From Chlorokybus atmophyticus (lineage: Eukaryota; Plantae; Mesostigma and Chlorokybus algae): a stretch of DNA of 64,000 nt. Location of the stretch: positions 62,001 to 126,000 of the forward strand of contig RHPI01000810.1 of the NCBI GenBank assembly GCA_009103225.1, given 5' to 3'. The notes under the pieces were generated by a model that did not search any database, was not told the origin of the DNA, and was given only the letters and a program-made list of their open reading frames with translations. The translations under genes and the position numbers were made by a program. The stretch's first letter is position 1. Every line of letters begins with the position of its first letter. Of the stretch, positions 1-11,470 are shown in pieces.

Positions 1-539
1 GGCAGGGCATGGTGGTGCGGAAGTCAGTGAGGAGGAGGAGGAGGGGGTGGAGGAGGACGTGCATGCCATAACTGATAGCATTGACATTGCGAGTGATGAT
101 GATAGCATGTAGCAGGTTGCATGTATGTTGACGTAGCATGCATGCTTGGCTCATGTGCCTTGTGTTTATGCGTGAACGGCAATGATGTTGGGGGTGATTG
201 TTGTTGCACATGGGCTTGGGCTTGGTGCGCCTACAACTCAACTTATCCAACACCGCATTTGCTACCTCCACCTTGCTAAACTGCACATACCCCTAGGAAG
301 CATATTACCCCACCGGGGGGGGGGGTGGGAATGTTGTGGCAGTGCCAGGAGTCACATAAAGTTGGATACTCAACAACTCTTTGGGGGTGCGGAAGTTGCT
401 GCGCGACTGGAAGCAAACGTTTAGCAACGCATGACCTTGACCCTGTAAGCATGGCTTCGTATGATTTTNGGCCGCGCCCCCCCGAAAAACGGGGGGGTAA
501 CTCTATTAGGGGGCGGACAGTGATCGGGTAATTACGGTA
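1..539 (+). mobile_element. Probable right end of a Tc1/pogo-like DNA transposon remnant
   Basis: Ends in ...TCGGGTAATTACGGTA (reverse complement TACCGTAATT..., the same TA-CCG terminus type as the MITE at 54625-55004); upstream frame 1-110 reads acidic (EEEEEGVEEDVHAITDSIDIASDDD). No left end in the window. Confidence 0.35.
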
Positions 540-868
540 CGCACTTATATATGAGTAATCTTATATTGTACATACATTACACCATATATAAATGAAAGAT
601 ATGCATATATGTCATGATAATATATAGCATTATACACATTATATGCATATCATACTATAATATTATAGACAGTTGTATATATAGGTAGTTTTGTATGCAT
701 AATATATATGATACATGCAATCTTTTATACATAATATATAGATAGTTTCACATGGCTTATATGACCTGAACATGTCCCACATGTATGTATATTAATAATA
801 CATTAAGTACTAACGTTTCTGCCATGTTACGTGCGGAGATATATCGTGGTGCGGTTGTTTGGTCGGGC

Positions 869-2611
869 CATCACACGGCACCCGCAACTGCCGGGCTGCG
901 CGGCAGTTTGTGCGGCCCGGCTTCTCATTGGCTAGGCGGCGAGTACAGGCGTTACACCGTTAGATCCGTCTAAACAATCCTGGCCGTCCAAAGCACATCC
1001 AATTGTTTGAACGCATGCCAATAAATGCAAAATTAAGCACAGTTCTGCATACGTGGCCGCTTATGGCTGCATGTTGGTCATGTTTATGTGTTACAGATAT
1101 ATTATTAATAAACATGGAGATACATTAATACATGTTGATATCTCTGATGTGTTGCAAAATGAAGCACATCTGTTGCAATATGGTGCAATATGGCCAGCAA
1201 CCAGCAGTTAAGCGTTAGAAAACTTAATAATCAACATAACGTTCATGCCACGGTACGTGCTAAGATATTCAATTAATAATGCCAAGGTTACGGCCATAAA
1301 ATAATGCTAACCTAAATTACCTTAACGTTAGGATTCAACTAAACGAAAATATGCATTGTTAGGCCACCATATGGTCACGCTTGAATTTGATCAAATGGGA
1401 TGGAATGGAATCGCAACGGTGACAACAGCCGTTGCTAAAAAAGGCAGCGAATTGGCCAATCATTTCGGAGATGCATAAAAGATGCTGAAAAACATGTTTG
1501 ATGACGCAGGCCCCATACCCCAAAGACATGCCACCACTACTCACCCTCGTTCTAACTAATCCACTCTACCATGTAACGCTAATTGATTACACGCTATAGT
1601 GTAACTACGTCATCAAACATGGTCAACAGCCGAATACGTTCTGGAATAATATAATATATTAATATCTCGGTCTCACAACAGCAACGAGCGGTGCGGCTGA
1701 TTGGGCGGGGCGGCCGGCATTAGGGCACACGCAAACTACACCCCGAGGGCATCACATGCGGCACCCGCGACTGCCGGGTTGCGCGGCCCGCATGCCGCTC
1801 ATTAGCTAGGCGGCATTTATCCACTATCAGCCGTTCGATCTGTTATATATAGATCTCGACCGTCCAAAGCACATCCCCACTTCATGCAACTGCTCAAAAT
1901 ATATGCGAATAAATATCAATATTGAGCACAACGTGCACATGCCGGCATTTTGTTGCATATGGCCCATATGATTTGAGATGTAACACATTTATTTAAGGTG
2001 GCAAAACAATATCTTTGATGTGTTGCAATATGAGGCACATATGTTGCGATATGAATACATATGGTGCCATATGGTGCAATTTGGTTAGCAACCTACAGTT
2101 AAGTGTTTCAAAACTTAATAGTCAACGTAACGTTCACGCCACGGTACGTGCTGCAATACTCAGTAAGCAATGCCGTGGTTACAACCACCAAATAATGGTA
2201 ACCTGAATTGCCTTAACGTTAAGATTCAAGTAAACGAAAAATCGCATCGTTAGGCCACCATTTGGTCACGCATGAGATTGATCAAATGGGATCACAACGA
2301 TAGCAACAGCCGTTGCTGAAAAAGGCAGCGAAATGGCCAATCATTGCAAAGATGCGTAAAAGATGCTGAAAACAATCTCAGCGGCAACTGCTGACCAACG
2401 ACGACCCAAAATCGCTAGGGACTCGGTGCAACTGCAGCACAATTAATGGTTAAACCGGCCGCGTTTTTGGCGGTACGAGGTCGGGGCAGGCCCCATATCC
2501 CAAAGACATGCCGCCACTACTCACCCTCATTCTAACCAATCCACTCTACCTTGTAACGCTAATCAATTACATGCTATAGTTACTGCGTCATTAAACATGG
2601 ACAACAGCCAA
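869..2611. repeat. Diverged direct tandem duplication (units about 869-1632 and 1750-2611)
   Basis: Shared blocks CATCACA..CGGCACCCGC, CCGTCCAAAGCACATCC, AACGTTCA.GCCACGGTACGTGCT, AGGCCACCAT.TGGTCACGC and CCCAAAGACATGCC.CCACTACTCACCCTC occur in both units; unit 2 has about 100 bp extra (near 2370-2480). Confidence 0.75.
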
Positions 2612-3669
2612 AACACACATTTAAAACGGGAAAAAGGGAAATTCCTGTCTTGCAATGCATTCTGTTTGCAGTATAAGTGCATAAGACTAGCGCTTCAAAA
2701 CCGATGCAAGTTTGTTTCAATGCACTTTCGAGGCACGCATGCACGCGCATGCAAAATGATATTCTAATGTTCATTTTTCATGTACACACAAGCACCGTGT
2801 GTTACGATAAGGGTCTGGCCATCTAAGCCATAAAAGCCCATAGTGGTAGTTATGGCTATTTTCATTCTTATGTACTACGCATAGTTTCCTGGCTGCCGTA
2901 AGTTACGGCCAGTAACTAGCGCTGCAATTAGGGGCCGTATACGGCCAATGTGGCACTTTGATAACTATTTCACCCAAAATGTAGCGTTATGCAAACGTTT
3001 TTTCTTCGCGAAGTCGCCACATCAATCGATCAAAGGCCACGCAATGGCGTCATATAATTGTAGCAAAGGGGTAAAATGCCACGATGGCTATCTCGATACT
3101 GGTGACTGCTTACAAGATGCCACCAGTATTATTGATATTACTGTCTGTGCATTGGTGCTGCTGATATCCGCGACAAGTGAGTCTTATCTAGCAGGTATCA
3201 TGTTGACATGACAATTGTCATTGCCGACTGGCGGCACTGGCGGTGACGTTGGCGGCGGCGGCGGCGAAGGAGGAGGAGGGGTTAGTGTAGGAATGGGAGG
3301 AGCGGGGCCGTCAAAGGCTAGTGTGCCCAAGAATCTTGTGCGTAAACCTTTGTTTGGTGTTGGTGGGAAGGCTGTGCTAAGCGCTCCTGCCAGCAGCACT
3401 GTTGCTGACTGCGCACAAGATGAAGACACGGCCAACGAGGATGCAAGCAACCGACGAACCACAATTTAAAAATGCAAGATCCGGTTGGAAACAGATTGTA
3501 AAAGGGAACTTGCAGAGAGTTGGTCGGAGAAATTCGCCTAGTTGCGGTATGATTAAGATGAAGAGCATGCGTTTTACGAGGTGTGTAGACGAGTTGGCGA
3601 TGCGCGCAACGGCATGGCTTACAGTTTAAGAATGTTCAGGGTTGATAACTTCGAGGCGCATGCGGGAAC

Positions 3670-4751
3670 TGTCGGGCTGGGCTAGGTCGAGCACTAACAC
3701 GCCTCGAGGAACCGGAATATAGCCCCCCTTGTCGAGGACACTGTGCGAGCGCTTGACACTCATATCAAGTTGTGTTTCAGCAAATGCGATCAATAGTAGA
3801 GCATGTCAACAAGCCGTCTGTGTCGATGCAGTGTTCACAGTTTCTTGCACTGTGGTAAAGGATGGGTCCTCTACTGTTGAGTAAGGCGAATGAGCATAGC
3901 AACTACACAGATACCACACTCTGAATGCGATTAACACACCATCCACATGGGTGTAACCAAGTCCACCCTCATTATGATGGCAACAGCATCGTGTAAGGTG
4001 CGGTACTTGCTCCCACAATGGTGAAGGTTTCTTAGAAACTGGGACGGCTTACTGTGTACAGTCGTACTCCTTTCATAGCTTGCTGGCGTACATGACAACA
4101 ATCAATACCAAGTCCACGCACCGTAAACTCACCCATCAAGCCTCACATACCACACCGGACAGCAAGTCTCAACTCAGAATTTCTTACTCACAGTATCACC
4201 AAGTGTACAAGTGTCGGCTATTGCTATCTATATCATTGTGGCGGCACAGGAGTTAATGCACATAGTAAATGACACAGTCTTAACTATGAACTAGCGGTTC
4301 TGCTGGTTTATACCAAACTCCAGCGGATAGTTACGAATGCCGCCAAGGGAAGGCGCGGTTGAACTCACAATAGAGCGGCTATCGCGGGGGACCCTACGGT
4401 GTGCAGTGGTCGGGAGTAGCGCTCGCCGGGGACCCTTGGCTAGAGATTGTCAACGGGTCAGCTACGAGTCGATGCTTATGACGATAATCTGTTGAGTGGT
4501 TTTTCATGAGCCACTGATTAATGCTGATAGTGCGGGGGTGTGACATGGCTATGGGAATGTCCAAGGAGAATAAGCCCTCCTGGACGGTTAGCATAACAGT
4601 TGTCGGGCTGGGCTGGGTCGAGGGCTGACACGCCTTAAGAAACTGAAATGTAGCCCCCCTTATCGAGGACATCGTAGGTGCGAGCGCTTGTCACTTGTAG
4701 CGAGTTGTGTTCTAGCAAATGCGAACAACTGTAGAGCAAGTCAACAAGCCA
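3670..4751 (-). repeat. 3' A-NN-B-A repeat block of the outer element
   Basis: 4601-4751 repeats 3670-3816; 3817-4598 repeats 38844-39612; junction CCCGACA-AC-TGTTATG in element sense; G6 tract at 4752-4757 immediately upstream. Confidence 0.9.
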
Positions 4752-4789
4752 CCCCCCTTTAAGGTCTACGGCAGTCTCTGCCGCAGGCC

Positions 4790-5597
4790 TCAGCGTTTGC
4801 GGGTAATGCGCGCTTCATTGCGGCAGTCATTGCAATAGTAGGCCTCCAGTGGGACCTTTTTAAGTAGAGGGCCAAGATAGTAACAATGCATGCCGATGTT
4901 GCACCCGTCGCACAACTTCATTACAGCGTCGGCGTCGGCACTGCCACATTCTTCACAGCGCTTGCCATGGTCGGGGCGTGGGTGATGGATGACATCGAAC
5001 CCTGTTACTTGCGGTAGTTGGCATGGTGCGCAGTTGGTGATGTTGTCCTTGATGCGCTCGCCGTCGTTGCCAAGGAGGTCGTGCACACCAGAAGGGTGCA
5101 CCTTCAACTCCTGGTAGGCGACGCGCTGCACACTGATGTCTAGGGTGTCCTGTGTGCAAGCCTTTGGATAGATGAAGTCTCCAGCCTGAAAGCGCCGACT
5201 GCGCTGATTGTAGAAACCGATGCGGACACGCCTGTAATGTAGAATGTCGCGGTGTTTAGCGATGCGCAGGTTGTTTATGGCCATAGGGATTACGTGGCTA
5301 AAGAGGGCAGCGCGGGCCTTTATGTCATAATGCATCGAGTCATGGTTCCCGAGGTTGTTTAGCACCCGCGCGGCCTCTTGTTGTGCGAAAAGGCAGAAAT
5401 GGTTCACGTCCAAATAGCAGCTGATACGGATTGTATATGTTGAGGGCCGCCTACTTGGACAAGCGGTAAAGCGAGGGCCATCTAGGGCAGGTGCTCGTCC
5501 CATGTTCGCTTGCCGTAATCGATGACATACGTCCTGAGTGCCTTTTTTATGGTTTGAACAGTTCGTTTTGCCAACCCATCAGCCTATGGGTGGTCAC
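4790..5597 (-). pseudogene. Integrase C-terminal region plus PHD finger of the outer element
   Basis: Aligns with the integrase C-terminus of the inner element (FNNLRIAQHRD / INNLRIAKHRD). Ends in CEEC-x11-CDGC-x4-HCYY-x14-CNDC (about 4823-4957), a C4HC3 PHD with one Cys changed to Tyr. Confidence 0.85.
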
Positions 5598-7705
5598 CAC
5601 CGGTAAGAATGGCCCCCCAACAGTTCGGTCTTGCCCACAACTTAAATGGAGATCCAGGTATAACTTACTGAGGGATCCATATGCAAGCAACGTATCAATT
5701 TTTGCACTTTTTCCTGCTGCAGCCAAAACTTAGTTTGGTACCCAGCTGCCATAATGTCAAGTAGTTGGTGTGCATTAAGTTTGGTATCCGTCTTTTCTTG
5801 GATTTATCAATGGCCACATCTTATACAAATTTTTGGTTACATCATGTATCAAGAGGATTAATCTTAATGCGTGATCTAACCAGAAACATTATGGCCGCAG
5901 TTCGCGGCAAAAAGCCAAAACCGTCGCAACACCGGCCATTTAACGTCTCTCCATCGTCAACGTTGGAACTTGCACGGACGAGTCTGTCGGGTTAGTAAAC
6001 CACACCTAACCACCTTAGCACTGACTGACTAGACCACGACGACACAAGATATGGTGAGGTGTCTTTGCTAAATACATGATCCAGATACTTGCTCCGTCAA
6101 TAGTTTTACGTGCCAGTTGTATTGCATTCATGTTTACGCAATGAACAACATGTGTCCCGCGACACATGCACCACGGTTGCATACAACAGCTCTACACTGT
6201 ACACTGTACCGGTAAACAGTACTGACAAGTGTTTACAGTTTTTGATAATATTACGTGTACACCTACCGGTGATAAAAGGAAAAATATTACATGTGTATAC
6301 ATTACGAAAGACTGTAGACACAATAATCATAGACTATGTATCGAGACCTCGATAAATAGCCTATTATTATTCAACAGCTGAGCACCGGTAGGTGTTTTAA
6401 TATAAGTTGTTGGTTTGCGGGTAGCGTGGGGATTTTAACCTGGGTTAGCGACGCCAAGCATCCAATTACAGCGTTGGTTGTAGGGCAGGCTGTTGCCATA
6501 GACTCCCTGTGTTACCTACCATCGGCGAGTTGCGCCGATGCGTTATTAATTGATAGAGTGCTCAATGACAATTGGTCATATTATGATGCGTCATCATTTA
6601 GGCGAGTACCAAGTAGGCCGCGGGCACGCCTGTAGGTACTTAAGTACCTATAGGCACACTTGGACCGGCGATATATTGATGATATAAATATATAAAGGAA
6701 TAGTATCATACTATTCCTTTATATCAATCATTTGCTCTCGCAAGTTCTTCGAAATTGCCTATAAAAACTATCTTTATATCCAGGGTATTTAAGAGGCTGG
6801 GTGCAGGCGCAGTCCGGTAGATTACCCCCTTAATTTAATCGGCTTCGGGGAGGTAATCTCTCCATTATCTAATCTTAAATTACTCTTTATCGCAGATAGC
6901 TATCGATTACCGCTGCAAAAGATTGTCAGAATAGAGAGCCAATTTAGAGAGAAAGCCGGTAGGTTGGTCTGCCTGCAAAAAGCAACTTTCTTTACTTTTA
7001 TAATATAAAGATTAGAGAGAGATTACCCCCCCCCGCTGCAGCGCAGGCCAATTAAATTACTTAAAATACCTTAATGGGCAGACTGCTCTAAAAAAGAAAG
7101 TAAACAGCCGATGTGCGGTATCCAAGATCACTGGTAGAAAGGATCACCGCTCCACTGCAGCAGTACAGGGTTGTTTACATGGTGCATCATCGGTTAGAGT
7201 AACCCACAATTGGCAGATCCCGTATATCAAGACCGGCGATATATTGATAATCAGGTGGCCAGTAATTCAGGCGGTTGTAATAGTGCGATGTAGCGACCGA
7301 CGTTACAACTTTCTGACTGCTAGATCCATGCATTAATGACGAAACCAATCACGGTCGCAACAATGATTCGTACCGGCCATTGTTTTTACTTAAATGCGTT
7401 GTAATGTAACCACCGTGTCCCCAACGGTGTCACGAAAGTGGTCGATATTTTGATAGACATTCGTATAGGTCTTTGTCACGACCGTGGTTGTTAACAATCG
7501 TAACGCGCCGTCCTCGACGTTGTTAGAGGTCTACAATACAAATTAAGCGACCGGCCGATGGCCGCTTGTGACAGGTTCCAACTTATATAGGGATCTAGCT
7601 ATAAATTAATTAGGGATTTTGCGTATCCCTAACAAACTTTGCACTGAATTCTTTGTAATAAATTTAGGATCCAGCCTGACTTGCCGAAACCCATTTCCAT
7701 CGGTG
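5598..7705. mobile_element. Non-autonomous CACTA (En/Spm) element, copy 1
   Basis: Imperfect TIRs CACCGGTAAGAATGG / CACCGATGGAAATGG; 3-bp TSD CAC (5595-5597, 7706-7708); removal restores the integrase motif RTSRDHP. Confidence 0.85.
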
Positions 7706-8022
7706 CACGTGAGGTGCGACGGTGGTAAATGTAGGCGTGGTTGAGGAGCTCGTCGAACTCTCCCCAAAACTTAATGCTTTGATCTGTGACAATCTTAGCA
7801 CATGAGCCGAAGCGACTAAGAACGCGGTCTACGAAGGCACGAGCTACCCCCTTGCTGCTTATGTCTGGCAGTGGCAGTTGTTCTATCCGCTTGGAAAAGT
7901 GCTCAATCGTTATCTGGATGTACTTGTTCCCGCGAGCGGAGGGCGAGAGATTCCTAAGGATGTCCAAGCCCTAGCGGTAGGCGTTGGGTGCAAGGTGGCA
8001 CTGCGAGTGTTAAGGCTGGTGC
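7706..8022 (-). pseudogene. Integrase catalytic core fragment of the outer element
   Basis: ITIEHFSKRIEQLPLPDISSKGVARAFVDRVLSRFGSCAKIVTDQ matches the rve core of the inner element. Confidence 0.85.
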
Positions 8023-9429
8023 CACCGGTAGAAGTGGCCCCCAAACAGTTCCGCCTTGCCCTCAACTTAAATGGAGCTATTACTTAATTAGGGATCAGCA
8101 TGTAAGCAACGTATTGGATTTTGCATTTTTACCTGCTGCAGCCACAACTTAGTTTGGTATTTGACTGCCATTAAGGTCAAGTAGTTGGTGTGCATTAAGT
8201 TCGGTATCCGTCTTTTTTTCAACTTAATAATGTCCACATCCTGTACTATCTTTGGGTTCGATCATGTATTAAGGGGATTAAACTTAATGCGTGATCCAAT
8301 ACAAAAATGTTATGGCCGCAGCTCGCGGCTGTCGGGTCGAGGGGAGTCGAGGGTCACGCTGTCTCGGACAGCTGCATGGACAGCCATGCCGTGCTGGACA
8401 TGCTGCTGCGCCACCTGTGCAACGTGCAGCAAAAGGCAAAAGATGACCCCAACCCTCATGGTGACAAGTGCTCTGTGCAGCTGGTGTGCTGCTGCTGGGT
8501 AGTACGGGCCGGTGGAGTCGGTGTTCTCCCTAGTGTACATGCTGTGCTGTAGCACACAAAGTCAACAAGCCACTACTATAGGTAGTGCTGTTTACACAGT
8601 TCTTTGCATGAGTGGAAGAGAAATTACACTGTTAAGTGAGGTGAATGAGCAAGCAACACGTGGATGCTATGCCCTGACTGATACCAACAAGCACACCGCG
8701 ACCAAGTACACAAAGCTCACAGTAAAGACAAGCACAGTGCACAAGAACATGCACAGGCTCTCACACGGTGAGGGGATTCCTAGGAACCGGGACGGTGTGT
8801 TTCGTAGTTCAAGTCGCTTCACAAGCTCTTAGCTTTCTCACTTACAGTGTCACCAGCTGATCCGGTGAACACTGTGCCTACTTATACAAGTCAACTCATT
8901 ACTGTCCAGAATATAAGCTAACGGTTATATCGAGGCTATTTCCACAGGAAATCCCCACTCGATATAGAACCCAACTTATAACTGAACTCACAATTGAACA
9001 GCTACGCGCGGTGCATATGTAAGCTATGGTCATGAGCTACTCTAGAGACATGACCTAGCTACTGGTCAGAGACGCGCGCGGGTCGCCATGCTGGTAAGCC
9101 GGGCGAGGGTCTTGCTGTAGGCATACCCGATGACGACTGGCATGCTTGGGCGATAGGCATGACAGCTGTCGGGTCGAGGGGAGTCGAGGGTCACGCTGTC
9201 TCGGACAGCTGCATGGACAGCCATGCCGTGCTGGACATGCTGCTGCGCCACCTGTGCAACGTGCAGCAAAAAGCAAAAGATGACCCCAACCCTCATGGTA
9301 ACAAGTGCTCTGTGCAGCTGGTCTGCTGCTGCTGAGTAGTGCGGGCAGATGGAGTCGGTGTCCTCCCTAGTGTACATGCTGTGCTGTAGCACACAAAGTC
9401 AACAAGCCACCCCCCCTGAGCTTTNCCCC

Positions 9430-11470
9430 CCTGGGCTCTGGGGAAGGTTCCAGCTCCAGAGCTCAGCTTGTAGACGGTGCGGCCTACGGAGGTGTCAAGC
9501 GTGTCTTTGGTGGCTGCCATGCGATAGGCAAAGTCCCCCGCTTGGAACCGCCGTTGGCGCTCCTTGTAGAAGCCGCTGCGTACGCGCTCGTAGCGCAGCG
9601 TGTCGCGATGCTGCGCGATACGCAGGTTGTTGAAGGCCATGGGGACAATGCGCTCGAAAAGCGCTGCGCGCGTGGTGATGTCGTGGTGCATCCATTCCGG
9701 GTCGTCGAGGTTGTTCACGACGCGATCCACCTCCGGCTGCGCACGGAAGGGGAGCAATGGTGGTCGCCCGAACAGCAGGTAGTACGGGCTGTTCTCCCGC
9801 AGAGCCGCAATCGATATCCAAGGACCACCCACGGGAGGTGGTCATCCCAAGTGTTCTTCTCGTACTCCAGCACGTATTTGCGGAGTGCCTTCTTGATGGT
9901 TTTTATCGTACGCTCGGCGAGGCCGTCGGCTTGAGGGTGATCACGCGAGGTACGGCGGTGGTCGATGTAACATTTGTCCAAGAGGGTGTCGAATTCCCCT
10001 CTGAACTCAGTACCTTGGTCGGTGATGACCTCGGCGCAGCTGCCAAATCGGCTGAGAACGTGAGAGAGGAAGGCTTGAGACACCCCCCTACTGCTCTTGT
10101 CGGGTAATGGTACCAGCTCCACCCATTTGAAGAAGTGCTCGATCATGACCAAGATGTAACGGTTGCCACGCGCTGAGGGTGCCAAGCCCCCCAAGATGTC
10201 GAGTCCCCATCGGTAAAGAGACCGGAGATGGGGAGTGGGTGCAAGGTGGCGCTGCGCGTGTTGAGGCTGGCGCGCACCATGTCACACTGCTGGCACTAGC
10301 TGATGAACCTTTGCACCTGTTTTGTTAATCCATACCACCAATATTGTGCCCGCACTAGGCTTACTGTTCGCTTGACACCGAAGTGTCCAAGCTCAGTGTG
10401 GAGGGAAGTGATGATGCCCTCGCGCGTGCCCGGTGTCGGCACTTCCTTGTCTTCGTCGTGGAAACGGCGATACAGCTTGTCGCCTGCCCATGGATAGTGA
10501 CGGGTGCGTTGGTTGACTCGGTCCTTCTCGCGAGCGCTCATGCCGGAGGGAAGCTGGCCACTTTGAAGAAAGGAGAGTGATGGCTTGTCCTGCCATATGT
10601 CCTGCCTGGTGTCAGTGGGCGCCAGCTCTGTGTCATCGATGTCAATGTCGGCTGCGTGGGCGTCTCCCAAGGGTGTGGTTGTCGCAGGGTCGGTAGACTC
10701 AACGGCAGGAAGTTCCTCTGCCACTGCTGAGGCCGTGGTGTCGGTCTTGCGCCCTGAGCGCAACGTGGCAGCAGCAAACATTGCTGCCATGGTTAGGGCT
10801 GTTGCTGCAGGGATGAGCTCATGCCGAGCTCCAGTTGCGTTGTTGGTGCTGAGGTGAGGGTTGCGACTGAGGCCATCGGCGTCTTGGTTGGTGAGGCCAG
10901 CGCGGTGGTCGATCTCGAAGTCGTATTCCTGCAACAGCAGGGCCCATCGAGCAAGTTTCCCTGTCAGATGTTGGTTGGTCATCAGCCACTTGAGGGGCTG
11001 ATGATCGGTGATCAGTTGGAACTGTCGACCAAAGAGGAAAGGTCGGAAGAAGGAGATGGCCCACACTGCAGCGAGGCACTCCACTTCATAGCTGCTGTAG
11101 TTGGCCTCGGCGCTGTTGTTGCTCCGGCTGGCGTATGACACCACCCGCTCCTTCTTGTTCTCATCGTGCTGCACCAGCACCGCTCCCATCCCCAGCTTGC
11201 TCCAGTCGGTGTGAAGGATGAAAGGCTTGGCGTAATCCGGACGTTGAAGGATGGAGCGCTGGTGAGCCTACTCTTCAGCTCCTCGAAGGCCTGCTGTTGC
11301 GGCTCCTTCCATGCGAACTCCACCTCCTTCTTCAGTAGTTCGTTGAGGGGCCTCGCGATCTTCGCGAAGTCCTTCACGAACCGGCGATAGTAGTTGGCAA
11401 GTCCCAAAAAAGCGCGCAGACGTGTGAGGTCTGTCGGGGCAGGGTTAGCTGCCAGAGCCTCTACTTTTGC
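9430..11470 (-). pseudogene. RT connection, RNase H and DDE integrase of the inner element
   Basis: LGLANYYRRF; RNase H-like YASRSNNSAEANYSSYEVECLAAVWAISFFRPFL...TDHQPL; H2C2 (HTELGHFG...CQQC); rve core VITDQGTEF...HPQADGLAERTIKTIKKAL. Frameshifts and stops present; no PHD before the G tract, but an N at 9425 makes this end uncertain. Confidence 0.9.

Noticed and set aside
8330-9409. Ordinary LTR pair altered by chance deletion or a solo-LTR insertion
   Set aside because: It would need the same rearrangement, at the same motif and with a 2-nt junction, in two elements with unrelated repeat sequence; no TSD flanks the extra A copy.
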